DNA of 64,000 nucleotides, from positions 10,664,001-10,728,000 of the forward strand of contig NC_092672.1 of assembly GCF_964355755.1 (NCBI RefSeq). Direction: 5' to 3'. The position numbers were made by a program, and so were the translations under genes. The notes under the pieces were generated by a model. The model was not told the DNA's origin and did no database searches. It was given only the letters and a program-made list of their open reading frames with translations. This DNA comes from Antedon mediterranea. Taxonomy: Eukaryota > Animalia > Echinodermata. Shown here one piece after another: positions 52,601 to 64,000 of this stretch (the stretch's first letter is position 1; each line of letters begins with the position of its first letter).

Positions 52601-55113
52601 GGGGTGCTAATTTTAGTTGACTACATAAATCATCGTGTCTATTTATTCGTTTCTGTAAACGACAATAGTCCTGCGGCACGTACATTTGAAATCGCCAGTT
52701 TTGTTACGCTGAAATTACTGTGTATTCGAGAACCATCTGTGGGCACGACCTAGATGGTACGCGAGCGAAGCGAGCGTACCATCTAGTTGGTATAAGTTAT
52801 AATAATGAAAATCATCTTTATTTACAACTGTATACAAATTACATTATTTTCTTCGCGTAAGTCCGACTTGAACTAGGTCACGCCATAGCGACAATGGGAG
52901 ATGCGGCAATTCACCACGCGGTGGAATGTTTAGGGGGCCTAGTGCTTTCTTGTCACGCTAGGAAGTGCGTGGTTCGTCGCGATCATACTTTGTTGGAGGC
53001 CTAGAAAATATGAAAGTTACCGTACCGCCATGGTTCCTAAATATATTTTGAAGATTTTGTTTGTTGTTAATTAAAAGTACTTCACTGTTAAATTAATACT
53101 GATCTTGTTCTAATAATTAACGATTAAAATTATTTTTCATGTATATAGTCCTGATGCGTAAAAAGTTTTGTAAGAAAATGGAAATTGATATCAATGCGCA
53201 AAATTTCGTCTGCTCCTCAAATACTCTCTTGTCATTGGCCAATGTTTAGCCTTTGGTACCCAGACGTGTGCAACTCGACTAAAAGCTCGACTTCATTAAG
53301 TCGAACTGCAAACTTCGACTACTTCGTTTTTGCATCGAATTTGAAGTAATAGCTCGAACTACGACTTTTTCAAGTCGAACTTTGAACTACGACTAAAGTC
53401 CGGTTTAAGAATACGGGCGTAAGAGGTAGAAAGTGTTCATATTCCAGTGGTGTACTTTCCCCAATAGAACAATTTGATAATCATATATCTCATTATATGT
53501 TATTTTGCAGAAAATTTACATGGGAAAATCTTCTTTCCTTGCCTACAATGACTACCTCCTCTGGGAAGATGCCATTCAGGACCAAATTGACAAACTGAGT
53601 CCAGCAGAAGCTGAGCAGCTAGGCTCAATGTTTCAAACTTGTGAATATTGGAAGCAGGTATTTATGGAGATAATTGGTGTTACGAGCGCAGTGTATGGCC
53701 TAGCTTTCTCATTACTCGTCTGCATCGTTGCTGTCGTGATATTTACTGGGCATATTGTCCTACTGTTTATTGTTTTGATGACCATATTTGGTAAGTTTAA
53801 CAGAGTTTGTTGTTGTTATGTTGATCAAATTCAATCAATCGATTTATTAACAAGAATATTGTTTACATGAAATGAAATAAAGATGTGAAAGGAAAGTACT
53901 GAAAACAAATAACTTTAAGCGTAAAAATTATTATATCTTACTACCACATCTATTATTCCAAATTACATTTTGAACCTTATGAACTAATCTTTAATGCATT
54001 CAAATGAATTTTGACTGCGGTAGTTTTGAAACATTTCTCAGACAAAAGACATACAAATGAACTGAAAATAATATATTGGTTATTGTTCATCTAGGTGTCA
54101 TTTTGGTAGTTGTGTCAATGTTTTACTTGCTGGGCTGGCAGATGGGTGCAGTAGAAGCCGTTTCTTTGTCGATCTTGGTTGGATCATCAGTGGATTACTG
54201 TGTTCATTTAGTGGAGGGTTACCTAATGGCTGGAGAAATGGCACCTTCCAATATAAAGACAGTAAGAAATCATTTAGAATTGATTTTATTTATTTCTTTT
54301 TTATACTGGTTGACATCTTCAGTACCAGACTAAGGACCATGATCAGTACACTGGGAGACAAGTCTACTATTTTAAAATAAAGTACCACGTTCTTTATCAT
54401 GCATTGTATGTAAACAGCTCTATGTCCCACACGAAGGATGAGGGAATTAGAGTAAAGTATTTTGCTTAAGTAGACAAGTAATATGTCAGAGACAGGTCTC
54501 GATCCCACATGTTTGTCTGATATCCCTTACCATAACACCATACCGCTTCCATAATTGTACAATGTACAATGTGGCAGTGAATTTATTACAATCAGCCCGG
54601 TCCTGTAGATGAAAAACATATTTGTGACAACTGTGATCTTTATTATCGGATTTGGGTCAGATTTTCTGGTATTCATGGTTCTATTTTGCCAAGGTGTGTT
54701 TAGTTACATTACTTTAAAAATAATATCAGCTCTTTTTTCCTTTTCAGGACAACAAATCTCTGCGTTGTTGGCGTACATCTCAAGCAATCAGCAGCATAGG
54801 TGTTTCCATATTCAGTAGTGCCCTCACTACCATAATTGCTGCTGTTCCACTCTGCTTCACGATAATCCAACCATTTTCCAAATTTGGCAAGATAGTCGCA
54901 TTGAATACATTTGTATCCATTCTGTACACAATGACTGCTTGCGGTTCCTTCCTCAGCTGTTTCGCACCTGCTAAATATAAGTGGAGCTTCAAATGGTTTG
55001 TTGTGTCCAGCCTTATTGTTGTTGTGTTAGTTGGTGCAGGAATCGCTGGTCTGTATGGCCTACATTTGAATGGCGTCAAAATACCAGGCCCTTCAGGCTC
55101 GGAATTGTTTTAA
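31686..55113 (+). CDS. DISP3: Dispatched homolog 3 / PTCHD2-like RND-family sterol-sensing membrane protein (~1298 aa, 16 coding exons)
   Basis: Exons: 31686-32528, 33196-33336, 37618-37739, 39221-39492, 42162-42322, 43386-43513, 44127-44281, 44766-44933, 45436-45786, 47730-47951, 48258-48502, 49650-49788, 50430-50566, 53511-53790, 54095-54261, 54748-55113. All are GT-AG, phases join, and the total is 3897 nt. Motifs GIGVDDVFVFMNTYRQA and AVEAVSLSILVGSSVDYCVHLVEGYL match the DISP3 subfamily as I recall it. Confidence 0.9.
33431..33975 (-). repeat. ~545 bp segment, near-identical inverted copy of 57856-58408
   Basis: Continuous reverse-complement match that includes a LINE 3' tail and its downstream flank. 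Confidence 0.92.
35546..35867. mobile_element. Two tandem ~150 bp palindromic MITEs (Harbinger-like)
   Basis: Ends GCTCTGTCTA.../...GTTTGATAGTGTAGACAGAGC, with inner TGTGATGTGCCC/GGGCACATCACA inverted repeats. A half copy lies at ~41305-41380. Confidence 0.75.
35948..36321. mobile_element. Probable MITE with internal AACCGGTT-like motifs
   Basis: Imperfect TIRs GGTCCTGTTTTTGCTGC / GCAGCAGAAACACTACC. Confidence 0.45.
38533..38635 (+). repeat. 15-bp minisatellite (CATTCATTGTGAAAA)
   Basis: About 6 tandem degenerate copies. Confidence 0.75.
41027..41180. mobile_element. Palindromic MITE-like element
   Basis: CTTTGATGAAAATAA...TCCAATCAAAT versus ATTTGATTGGA...TTATTTTTATCAAAG. Confidence 0.55.
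48745..49570 (+). repeat. 40-bp minisatellite built from four 10-bp CAGT subunits (intronic)
   Basis: TACAGTCTCT TCCAGTTTTA TCCAGTCCTA TGCAGTTCTC repeated about 20 times. Confidence 0.95.
51183..53419. mobile_element. PIF/Harbinger-type non-autonomous DNA transposon (2237 bp), TAA TSD
   Basis: Perfect 36-bp TIR CGCCCGTATTCTTAAACCGGACTTTAGTCGTAGTTC with TAA on both sides. An empty paralogous site is visible at ~55300-55350. Confidence 0.88.
54478..54546 (-). mobile_element. tRNA-derived SINE fragment
   Basis: Minus strand TGGTGTTATGG (A box) ... GGGATCGAGACC (degenerate B box). Confidence 0.4.
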
Positions 55114-57204
55114 AGCTTATTAATGTATGTAAGTTTAGTGCAATTTTTAGTGCAAATATTTGAGAAATGCATTTTTTTTAAAGAAGAATTTCATACAGAA
55201 TATACCTTAATATGATTTTATATTATTTAGAATTTTTAAATTTTGGAATTAAGTTATTTTAAACAGTGTGAGTTATTAACGTTTAGTTACTAATTAGAAA
55301 AGCAAGACTAAGAGGTAGAAAGTGTTGGTATTCCAGTGGTGTACTTTCACCAATATAAAACATTTTTAAATAGAAACTGGAATAAATATGTGTTTTTTAG
55401 TTATCAAAATGTTGCCTTAGTTCACTGCTGGCAGCTAGTTAACCTCCAAAATAATATTCAAACTATATATTTTTTGCTAATACACAAATAATGTATGTTT
55501 CAAGTTGAATATTGAGAATGTATATTTACTCTTCCATTCAATAATGGTTTCAAGGGATTATATTTATTTTGATGAAAATTTGTTAAAACTAAATGTAGCA
55601 GCAGTTCAGTTTTTATGATTGGTAAGTATTAGTGATAATGTGAGCTGGTGTTTAGGCTAGACTCTAAATTCCAGAACCGTTAATTCAATTCAGCTGTGTA
55701 TCAGCCAGTCATGGGCTTGTGGTTGGGTTTTCAAGAAATTCTGGCATCATTCCAAATATGTTTTATTGGTTTAAAAATGAATGAGAGTTTTTAAACCATG
55801 GCCCATGTTATTTTAATATCCCTTACTTTAACACCATACATTTCAGAAGTGTACACAAATACAATTCTGGGGCTGGCCTAATATGTCTGGTTTTCCAGAA
55901 ATGTTGGCATTCCAAATGTGTTTTAATGGTTAAAACACATTTATTTAGGACCCTTTTGACCACAAGAAAAGTCTGGTTTTTGGCGAGTTTCTATAAAACT
56001 TAATTCAGTAAACTCATGAGCTTATAATAACATGAGTATAATTATTATGCAATTGCTTAGTTGACTTTTTGTTTTATTGTTTTTAAAGTAAAAATAACTT
56101 TACTTTTGAATGCAAACAATAATACTTAAATATTCATTATACCTTTATGCATATTCATAATTTGGGTTTCAGGAATTATAAATAGTAACTATAGGATTCA
56201 TATTTATAATATTTTCAAATTAATACATTAAATATTCAGTTCATAATGATATATATTAATTGAACATTATAAAAAAAGCAGTGTGGAATTAATACTAAAA
56301 TAATAAATCGTATAAACAATATTTTTTTAATAAATGATGAAGTAAACATATTTTTAAAGATATTTTTAGATTCTATGGAATAAATATTAGCATATTTAAA
56401 TTTATGTAAATCCTGATGATTGTTGTTGTATTTGAAAGAAAGAAGATTTTATTAAATTATTTCTATGTGTATTACATTCCGAATTTATTTATTTAAAACG
56501 ACAAAAGAGGTTTCCAAGATAAAGAATGCCCCTCAAAATTGACTATTTGCAAATCTAGGCAGACGTGCTGTATTCAAGTTTATTTTTACTAAAATGTGAT
56601 AGAACTTCTGTTATGGCGACATATTTGGGACATTCACTGTTTTTATAATGTATTGTATATACAGTATTAAGGAATTACAAATCAGTTTTTGTGACAATCT
56701 ATTGAAACAGTTAATTTTTTTTTAAATGTTACTATATGGACAATATTGACCTAAAATGCATACTTTAAAATTATTTAACATGCAACATATGTGTTTTAGA
56801 GGTTGTTTATTACCAACTTCTTTTTTGGTACACCCTACTAATGGTGAGCATTACATTACTTAAGTGGTCTGTAAAAATAACTGGAAATGATAGTTAATGT
56901 AGTTTTCCTTCTATTTATCATATTAAATGTGCTGCACATAGTAAGCAGGACAAAAATATTTAAGACATAAATTAAATGGTTATTTTGGGAATGCAATGTT
57001 AACAACATATTCCCATCAAATTACATGTATTTTGTATTGTTTTTATTTTACTCAAACTGTATGTGAATTCTTAAGTATGGTGTGTAGGCTACCCAGTCAT
57101 TAAATTTTATAGTGAAGTTGAAATCAGATGATTGTTTTTTTTCTTGTCTTTGTTCCTATGTTCAAACAAATTGTTTGTTTGTAGATTGCCATATCTCTAT
57201 CTTA

Positions 57205-57745
57205 TGGTGTCATAGGTCAATGTGTCAAAGGACCACTTTATGGTGACAAATAAAAAAGTCAAAATTTGCCGATTTTTCAACAAAATTTCTGTACTATAGC
57301 ACAGAGATTTTTGTTTTAAATCGCCCAAAATACAGACTTTTAAAGAATCAATAATCATGCACTAGTATTGCTATAATATGTGCACGTATATTGGCATATC
57401 ACCATCCTATAGTTTCACAGGACCACTTTATGTCTTTATGTTTTTCTGAAAAATCACCCAAAATATGTACTTTTGAAAATTCAATCACCATGCTATAATG
57501 TGCACAGATATTGGCATATCACCATCTATGATATTTATAGGGTCAACATTTTCCGGTTTTCCAACAAAATCACCATCCTATAGTCTTATAGACTAATCTT
57601 ATTATGTCATTGGACCACTTTATGTTGACATATAAAAAGGTATAAACTGTGGCAACTTATCGAAAAATGCCTGTACTATATAGCACAGGGATTTTCAGAT
57701 AAATCACCAAAACATGGATTCATAGTGTCGTAGGACCATTTTATA
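57205..57745 (+). repeat. Degenerate complex tandem repeat
   Basis: GGACCACTTTATG or close variants at ~57231, 57421, 57613, 57733; TATTGGCATATCACCATC occurs twice. Confidence 0.6.
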
Positions 57746-57746
57746 T

Positions 57747-58035
57747 CAGGTTACCCCGTGTCTGGGACCAGCTTCCCAGACCGTTGACAGATGCTGCAGT
57801 CCTAGAAAGCCCATCAGCCTTCATTAGAAAAGTTCATATTCATTTTGATTCGCTGTAACTGTATTTTGTCTTTATGTCTTTTATGTGTAAACTGACTTTG
57901 GGGTTGGGTCAACCGGCTCAGCTACAGTGATTAAGTTCACTTAGGTTGACCCTGGTCTCCCCAATTTCAGTTTTTTGTTTTTTTGTTATGTATATACTGA
58001 AATAGACCAAATAAATAATGAAATGAAATGAAATG
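57747..58035 (+). mobile_element. 3' end of a CR1/L2-type LINE with (GAAAT)n tail
   Basis: RLPRVWDQLPRPL resembles the ORF2 C-terminal 'W..LP' motif; the tail is AAATAAATAATGAAATGAAATGAAATG. Confidence 0.6.
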
Positions 58036-61000
58036 TTAACTACAAAGCTACAGCTTCACTACTGTACTGTACAAGTAGAAAAGTCCTACTTTCAGTAGCC
58101 TACACAGAAAGCAAACTCTCAAAATACTGGACACCCATGAGCTGGTCCAAAAATTGTTGGTAATTGGGGGACTGCAATTTCAATTGTATTCAATATATAT
58201 ATTTGGAAATTTTTAGATTAAATAAGGAAATTGTGAACAAAAAACTGTTGCTAATTTTATGATTTACGTCATGGATGGATTAGTAACGGTTGACCTAACA
58301 TGTTGACCCACAAAATAACAATAACATTGGGCAATTTGTTGATCAAAAGAAGAAAAATGAGATATTATAGTATAAACGGTTGTTAATAGCAGGTAAAGGG
58401 TAAAATTATATATACTTAGTATATACTTAGATAGATGAAATTAAATGAATTGTCGACAAAAAAAAGTAGCAATTTTTCTGACTAAATCGATCCTCCTATA
58501 GAAAAGGCATTTTTAAAAAAATTACCAAAAATATGGACTTTTTGATAAGATAACAGGACCCAAATGTCATGTCAACACAATTCTATAATACAAATATAAA
58601 TCTGTGTATTCAATGAAAGTTATTGTGCAAGCAAACAAATTAACAAAAAGGATTAAAAAAAACATCTTTTAATGGCATATAATTTCATAAATTCACATAC
58701 AGAGGTTACAAGACAATTCAACACTGCATGTCAAAAGTCATAGTTCATGTGAAATATTTTAATAAGTTGTGTGATAACAAAGCAGTATTCAATTTACTGC
58801 AAGAAAAGAAAATTTAAAATTTAAACAAAAATACTATACGTATCATATGAATGTGTTTGGCAAAAACTATACAATTTGCATAATTATTTAGATGGCACAA
58901 AATTATCCTGCAAATTCATTCTTTGTATACACCTGCTAACTTTATGTCTCAAATCCTTCCCAAAACTGCAGCTTATAATCAAATTATTTACAATATACAC
59001 TACTTTATCTGTAGAAATGAAATAATAAAGTTAATATGCAGTAATGTGGATCACTAAACTAAAAGCTATGCCTGAAAATCTTGAAAATAATACAGACAAA
59101 ATCTTTCCATATTCGTTTTCATTTGTTCTTGACTTGTGAGCAATGATTGTATTACATTAAATGCACTTGCTATTTATTTTTTAGATTCTTCTTCTCAATA
59201 AACCTTAGATTCCTTCTTTCCACAATGGTTTAAGGTTCCTCCTTCCCATGCGTATATTCCTCCTTCCCATAATGCTTAGATTGCTCTCCTTCCCACAATT
59301 CTTATTCCTCTCAATATATGGCCTAGACTATCACAAATAAACGATATCGTTCCTAGGTTTAGGAGTGCGCAAAACTCCTGCCAGAATTAATTAAAATTAA
59401 TTTTCCATTCTGAAAATAACTAAATGCCGCTTTATGCCATAAAAGTAGTCAAAGTTTATCTCTGTTCAAATACAGTATTTATGATCAAACTTACTGAATA
59501 AAACCATAATCTATACTGGTACAGTTATTAGTTGTAATAATTACAATATTACATTATTAATAGGCCTAAATGTATTAATAACACCGTCTTACCAAACATA
59601 CAGCATGTAAAAAAATCTTTATCCTAACACACAGAACACTCCTATCAATTTCTGAATGAAATACAAGGATTGTTTCCTAATGACTGGGATATTTCATTTC
59701 TGTTATTTTCATTTTATTAGCAACAATAATTAGATTCATAGATAACCTTAGTGGAATTGAATATGATTTTCCAATAAATAAATAGTATTATATTAAAGTT
59801 AAATAAATTAGTTAAAAAAAAGACTTTTAGCCATAATTTTGATATACATTTTGAGAATTTGCTTAAAATCTAGTACAGTAATTACAGATATTTTGAAAAG
59901 GTACAGATAACTCACTTAAAGACTTTCCAAAAACTGGGATCTTTTAGAAAGACTGTCTTTTTAACTTCATAGTTTAAATTTTGAATAAAATGAATATTAT
60001 AATATATTATTTTCTATATTAAAAACTCTTATTTTAGTCTACAAGGCTTTTACTATACATATTTGGACAATACTGACAAGGTTAAGTTTATTTAAAGTCA
60101 AGTAAAAATTACTGTTAATTTCTTTAAACATTTGTTTTTGTTTGACATAAGGTATCCAGATTCATACTGTTGATTATTTCAGTGAATCTTATGTGTACTA
60201 TTTTATGTCATGTGACCCACAATCATCCAATCAAATGACAGGAATTTATTAGGTGTTATAATGTTTACCAAAACTATGACATTGTCAACATTCATTTTCT
60301 TGGTAACTTATCTTGTATATATCTACAACATGCTATAAGTATGGTAGAATATATATAACAGAAAGTTTTCAAACTTACTTTAAATCCTTTTTAAAAATAC
60401 ATGGTGTATCACAAACCTAACTTTACTAGTTAAAAAAACTCATAGAATAAAGTAAAAACTGAAAATAAAAAGAATACTACCTCCTACTAAAAAAACATGA
60501 GGTAAAATGTGGAAAATCTAAGGTTAATATATTCCATAATTTTAGGCATTTTAAAATTTAGTACATATAATTGTTAATTGAATAATAAGATTTAGCAATT
60601 TTTAACACACAATTGTATATCTGTCCATTATTAGAGCAATAGTTTATCAATTACCAATTTTATTGATACATATTTTATAAATTTAACTTTGGAAAAAACA
60701 TTGATGACAGTGTAGATAGTACTAACATATTTGTCGCAATCGATTGGGAGCTTGCGGTGACAACATAATGATTCTTTGAGTACTTTTATTATTCAATTGT
60801 AAATTGTAAACAGATTGTGCTCAACAAAAAATCATTCAATAGAAAAGGTTACAGCTTTTTCATTAAGAACAATCTGAAGGCTTGAATACTCCGTTAAAGT
60901 ACTGTACTTAACGGAAAAACTATACTCAACTGTAAAAAGTTCCAATTGAATACGACAATTGAGTAGTGTGAGCTGTGTTTGCTATTGAGTTAACTGTAAT

Positions 61001-61714
61001 TAATGGCAGTATGGGTGGTTTTAGACACAAGGATTTTTTTCTTTTTCTATATTTATCTCTTTTAAATAAAAACAAATTAATTTAAATTAAAATCACAACA
61101 TATATGTGCAGTGCAGCATTGGAATTGAATAGCTTTAACTTTACAAATAGGATGAAAGAAGATATGCAGAAGATATGCAACCAGGCTTCAGACACTGCGT
61201 AAACTTTTATAGTGTGTATATTGTATTAAAAAATATAAGTTATTATATAGTCATTATATAATATAAGATCAGGATGATCAATCTTCCCCGATAAGATCAA
61301 TATTTGCTTTTACCATGGTGTGAAAAACCTTTCAAATAATTGTTAAATACTTAATATAAATGTCACTTTTCACATTGTGTAAAAAGTGTTATATCAGAAG
61401 AATAATCAGATATTAGATTGTAAATGTTCATCTGTTCTATAATTAACAATGTGTATAAAATTCTTCGTCAAGAAGGCATTTACCATCTATTGTAATTTGT
61501 AATTTTATACACAAATCAGATATTATAAGGCTTAAAAATACAGATTTAATAACTTGACATATTCAATTTGGTGTATACCATGTAAACTATCAACTATTTC
61601 TTCAAAACGATATCTATATTGTAATTGTAGTTTGCGTCAGGGAGTTGAGTAATTAGATGTTTTGCCCTACTCTGACGTAATTTGTACTTTATACGAAGTA
61701 CATTTAAGAATACT

Positions 61715-61782
61715 ATAGTAGTTTTTGGGTGGGACTCGAATCCACGACCTTCAGATCACTAGCCTGGCGTTCATACCTCTAT
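61715..61782 (-). mobile_element. tRNA-derived SINE fragment
   Basis: Minus strand ...GAAGGTCGTGGATTCGAGTCCCACC with a B-box; the acceptor stem is incomplete. Confidence 0.5.
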
Positions 61783-63024
61783 CTACATTTCTATTTTTGT
61801 CCTTCAATTATCCTTCAATTAATTAAATCATTATACACCATTATTTGAATGACCTCAATTGCTTTACAGTATAACATCACCTGTATCAAACCTTTTTTTT
61901 AATTTATAAGTATAAAACTAATCAATATGTTGAATTCATATAATTTAATTGTATACATCATTTATATGGATTTCTGTACATTTCTATATTTACATTCTAC
62001 AGTTTAATATAATTTACATATTGTTACTGTTCATTATATTTGCATAAATTTACATAATTTAAATATATCTTTCGAGGCCTCTTGTTGTTGAACTTTTTTA
62101 GTAAGAGTAGTAGTGTAATGGCAAGCAGTTTGTCATCTTTGAAATGCATGGAATTCAAATTTGTTAATTATCATTTCATTTTTTATTTATGAATTATTAA
62201 AAAAAAAATATATCCACATTCAATGGAAATACCAACATATTTTATGTCAATATACCCTCATAATTATCATACAGAATAAACTAGACTTCAATAAAGGTAA
62301 AAAATGGCTATTGGCCAATTATTAAACATGATTTCTGGCTTAGAGGCCTATGAACCCAAGCTCACATAAAAATTTGACTTTATCCAAGTACTGTACTACA
62401 CCTGCAATCAGAATAACAAACTGCTTGACATTAAAAGAATATACGTACGCGTTTGATTCATTCATATTGAGGGCAGCATATTACAAATTTATTTCATGCA
62501 AAAAAAATAAAAAATTATGAAAATATCGGCTCATTATGAACAACAAAGCTAAAGAGTTGGAATTAAATTGGAAATTGTTAATATTTAACTGATTTCAGTT
62601 AAAAAATCATTTACAAATGCATAATGAATAAATTACATACAGTTTTAGAATATCTATTGAATATCAGATATGAATATCATTTGTGACAACATTATCAAAA
62701 TATAATTTCAGTACATTAATGCTGTTAATTATAAAGTTAAATTAATTTCAAATCCATATGCAGTTCCTATTTGCAATACACAACTGGACACAGCATGTAA
62801 AAAGAACGCAAAAAAACAACAAAACTAAACTATAAATTAAACAAAATTGTTACTACCAATTAAAACAAATACAAGTTTGAAGACAGTATTTTTATTTTAT
62901 GAAAACAAACGTTATCGAATTTTTGAATTTCATATTTTCCATTTTTATACCTCAAATGGCAAGAATTAAGGTTGTTGGAAATAGCATTGAACTTTGTATG
63001 AAGAAATTGGTGAATTAAAACCAA

Positions 63025-63228
63025 ATTAAACTAGTTTTATATACTGTAAAAAAAGTAGTATAAACTAGTTTAGACTAGTTTTATATAAAGTGGTAAAAAC
63101 TAGTTTAAACTAGTTTTATGCACAGTAAACAAGCAGTAAACTAGTTTATATAAAACTAGTATACAGTACATACAACTAGTTTAAACTAGTTTATACTGCT
63201 TTTTTACAATATATAAAACTAGTTGATT
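63025..63228. repeat. AT-rich cluster of AAACTAGTTT palindromes
   Basis: About 10 ACTAGT-centred palindromes in 200 bp. Confidence 0.65.
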
Positions 63229-64000
63229 GTTAGTTATAATTAGTTTGACGATACTGTCAACAAACTATTCACAATACTATTACTATTACTACCAACTAGC
63301 AGACAACCATTTTGTTAAAATACAAAACTAATACTTAATGGATTATACCACTTTAATTTAAGGGAAGATATGAATTTCATTTGAGGTTAAATTTACCCAA
63401 AAAGACAATACATTCATTGCACATTTAACTACCAACCAACCCCAGTAGATATAAATAATCCTGTAACACTACCCTTTAGATGTCATTACTTAATGCCACT
63501 GCTTAATACAGGTATTTAAAAACAATTATATACTTCACAACAATTGTACCATTGTAAAAGGGGTGCTAGCACTTTTCTGCCGCTCCTCGAAACTTTGGCC
63601 CGACAGTACAGTTCATCATCATCATTTTATTAACATCCAATGACTTCCCTATATTTGAGTTAAACAGCAAAATGAAATAAAAAGTAAAAAAAAAAAATTA
63701 TATAAAAACAAAACAGAAAATGAATTTTTTTGCAGGAATGTATATAAAAAATTGGAACTAAAATTAAATTTACAATTAAGGGCAAGCCAAAAAGTAAACT
63801 AATCCTCCCTATCATTTGAACAGTCTCATAGCCAAAATCTATAATACAGTGTCAATATCTCTGCAACCCTAAACATGATACAAGCAACACATGTGATGCA
63901 GAAAATCTGGTGCAAATTATGCAGGCCAAAGAGAATTTCATTTAATTTTCCTGAATAGAGTAAGGGTTTGGCAAAATTCTATATCTCAAATTTATATCTA

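Noticed and set aside
61715-61782. Functional tRNA genes (also ~1752 and ~54478)
   Set aside because: A/B boxes only; no complete cloverleaf.

Overview
This is AT-rich, intron-containing animal genomic DNA from a marine invertebrate. The i-type lysozyme and the repeat landscape suggest an echinoderm-like deuterostome, but that is inference. Genes supported by reading and splicing by hand: (1) an intronless P-loop sulfotransferase-like ORF (2048-2845, -); (2) a 3-exon i-type lysozyme (13611-15481, +) with a dead paralog at ~8075-8927 and a sign of a further copy just left of the window; (3) a 4-exon orphan gene between the two lysozyme copies (9385-10972, -); (4) a 16-coding-exon Dispatched-3/PTCHD2-like RND-family gene (31686-55113, +, ~1298 aa) that carries a phase 1-1 follistatin/Kazal exon and a Thr/Pro-rich linker in its second extracellular region. 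The most striking non-coding structure is an ~8.7 kb foldback-like element (18589-27331). It has short terminal inverted repeats around two oppositely oriented arrays of a 106-bp satellite, and each monomer contains a near-copy of the element's own terminus. Also present: Penelope-type minimal hammerhead ribozyme motifs, P-element-like excision footprints, a Harbinger-type element whose empty site is visible elsewhere in the window, Helentron-associated repeats, LINE/SINE relics and minisatellites. All coordinates were read by eye; no searches were run.
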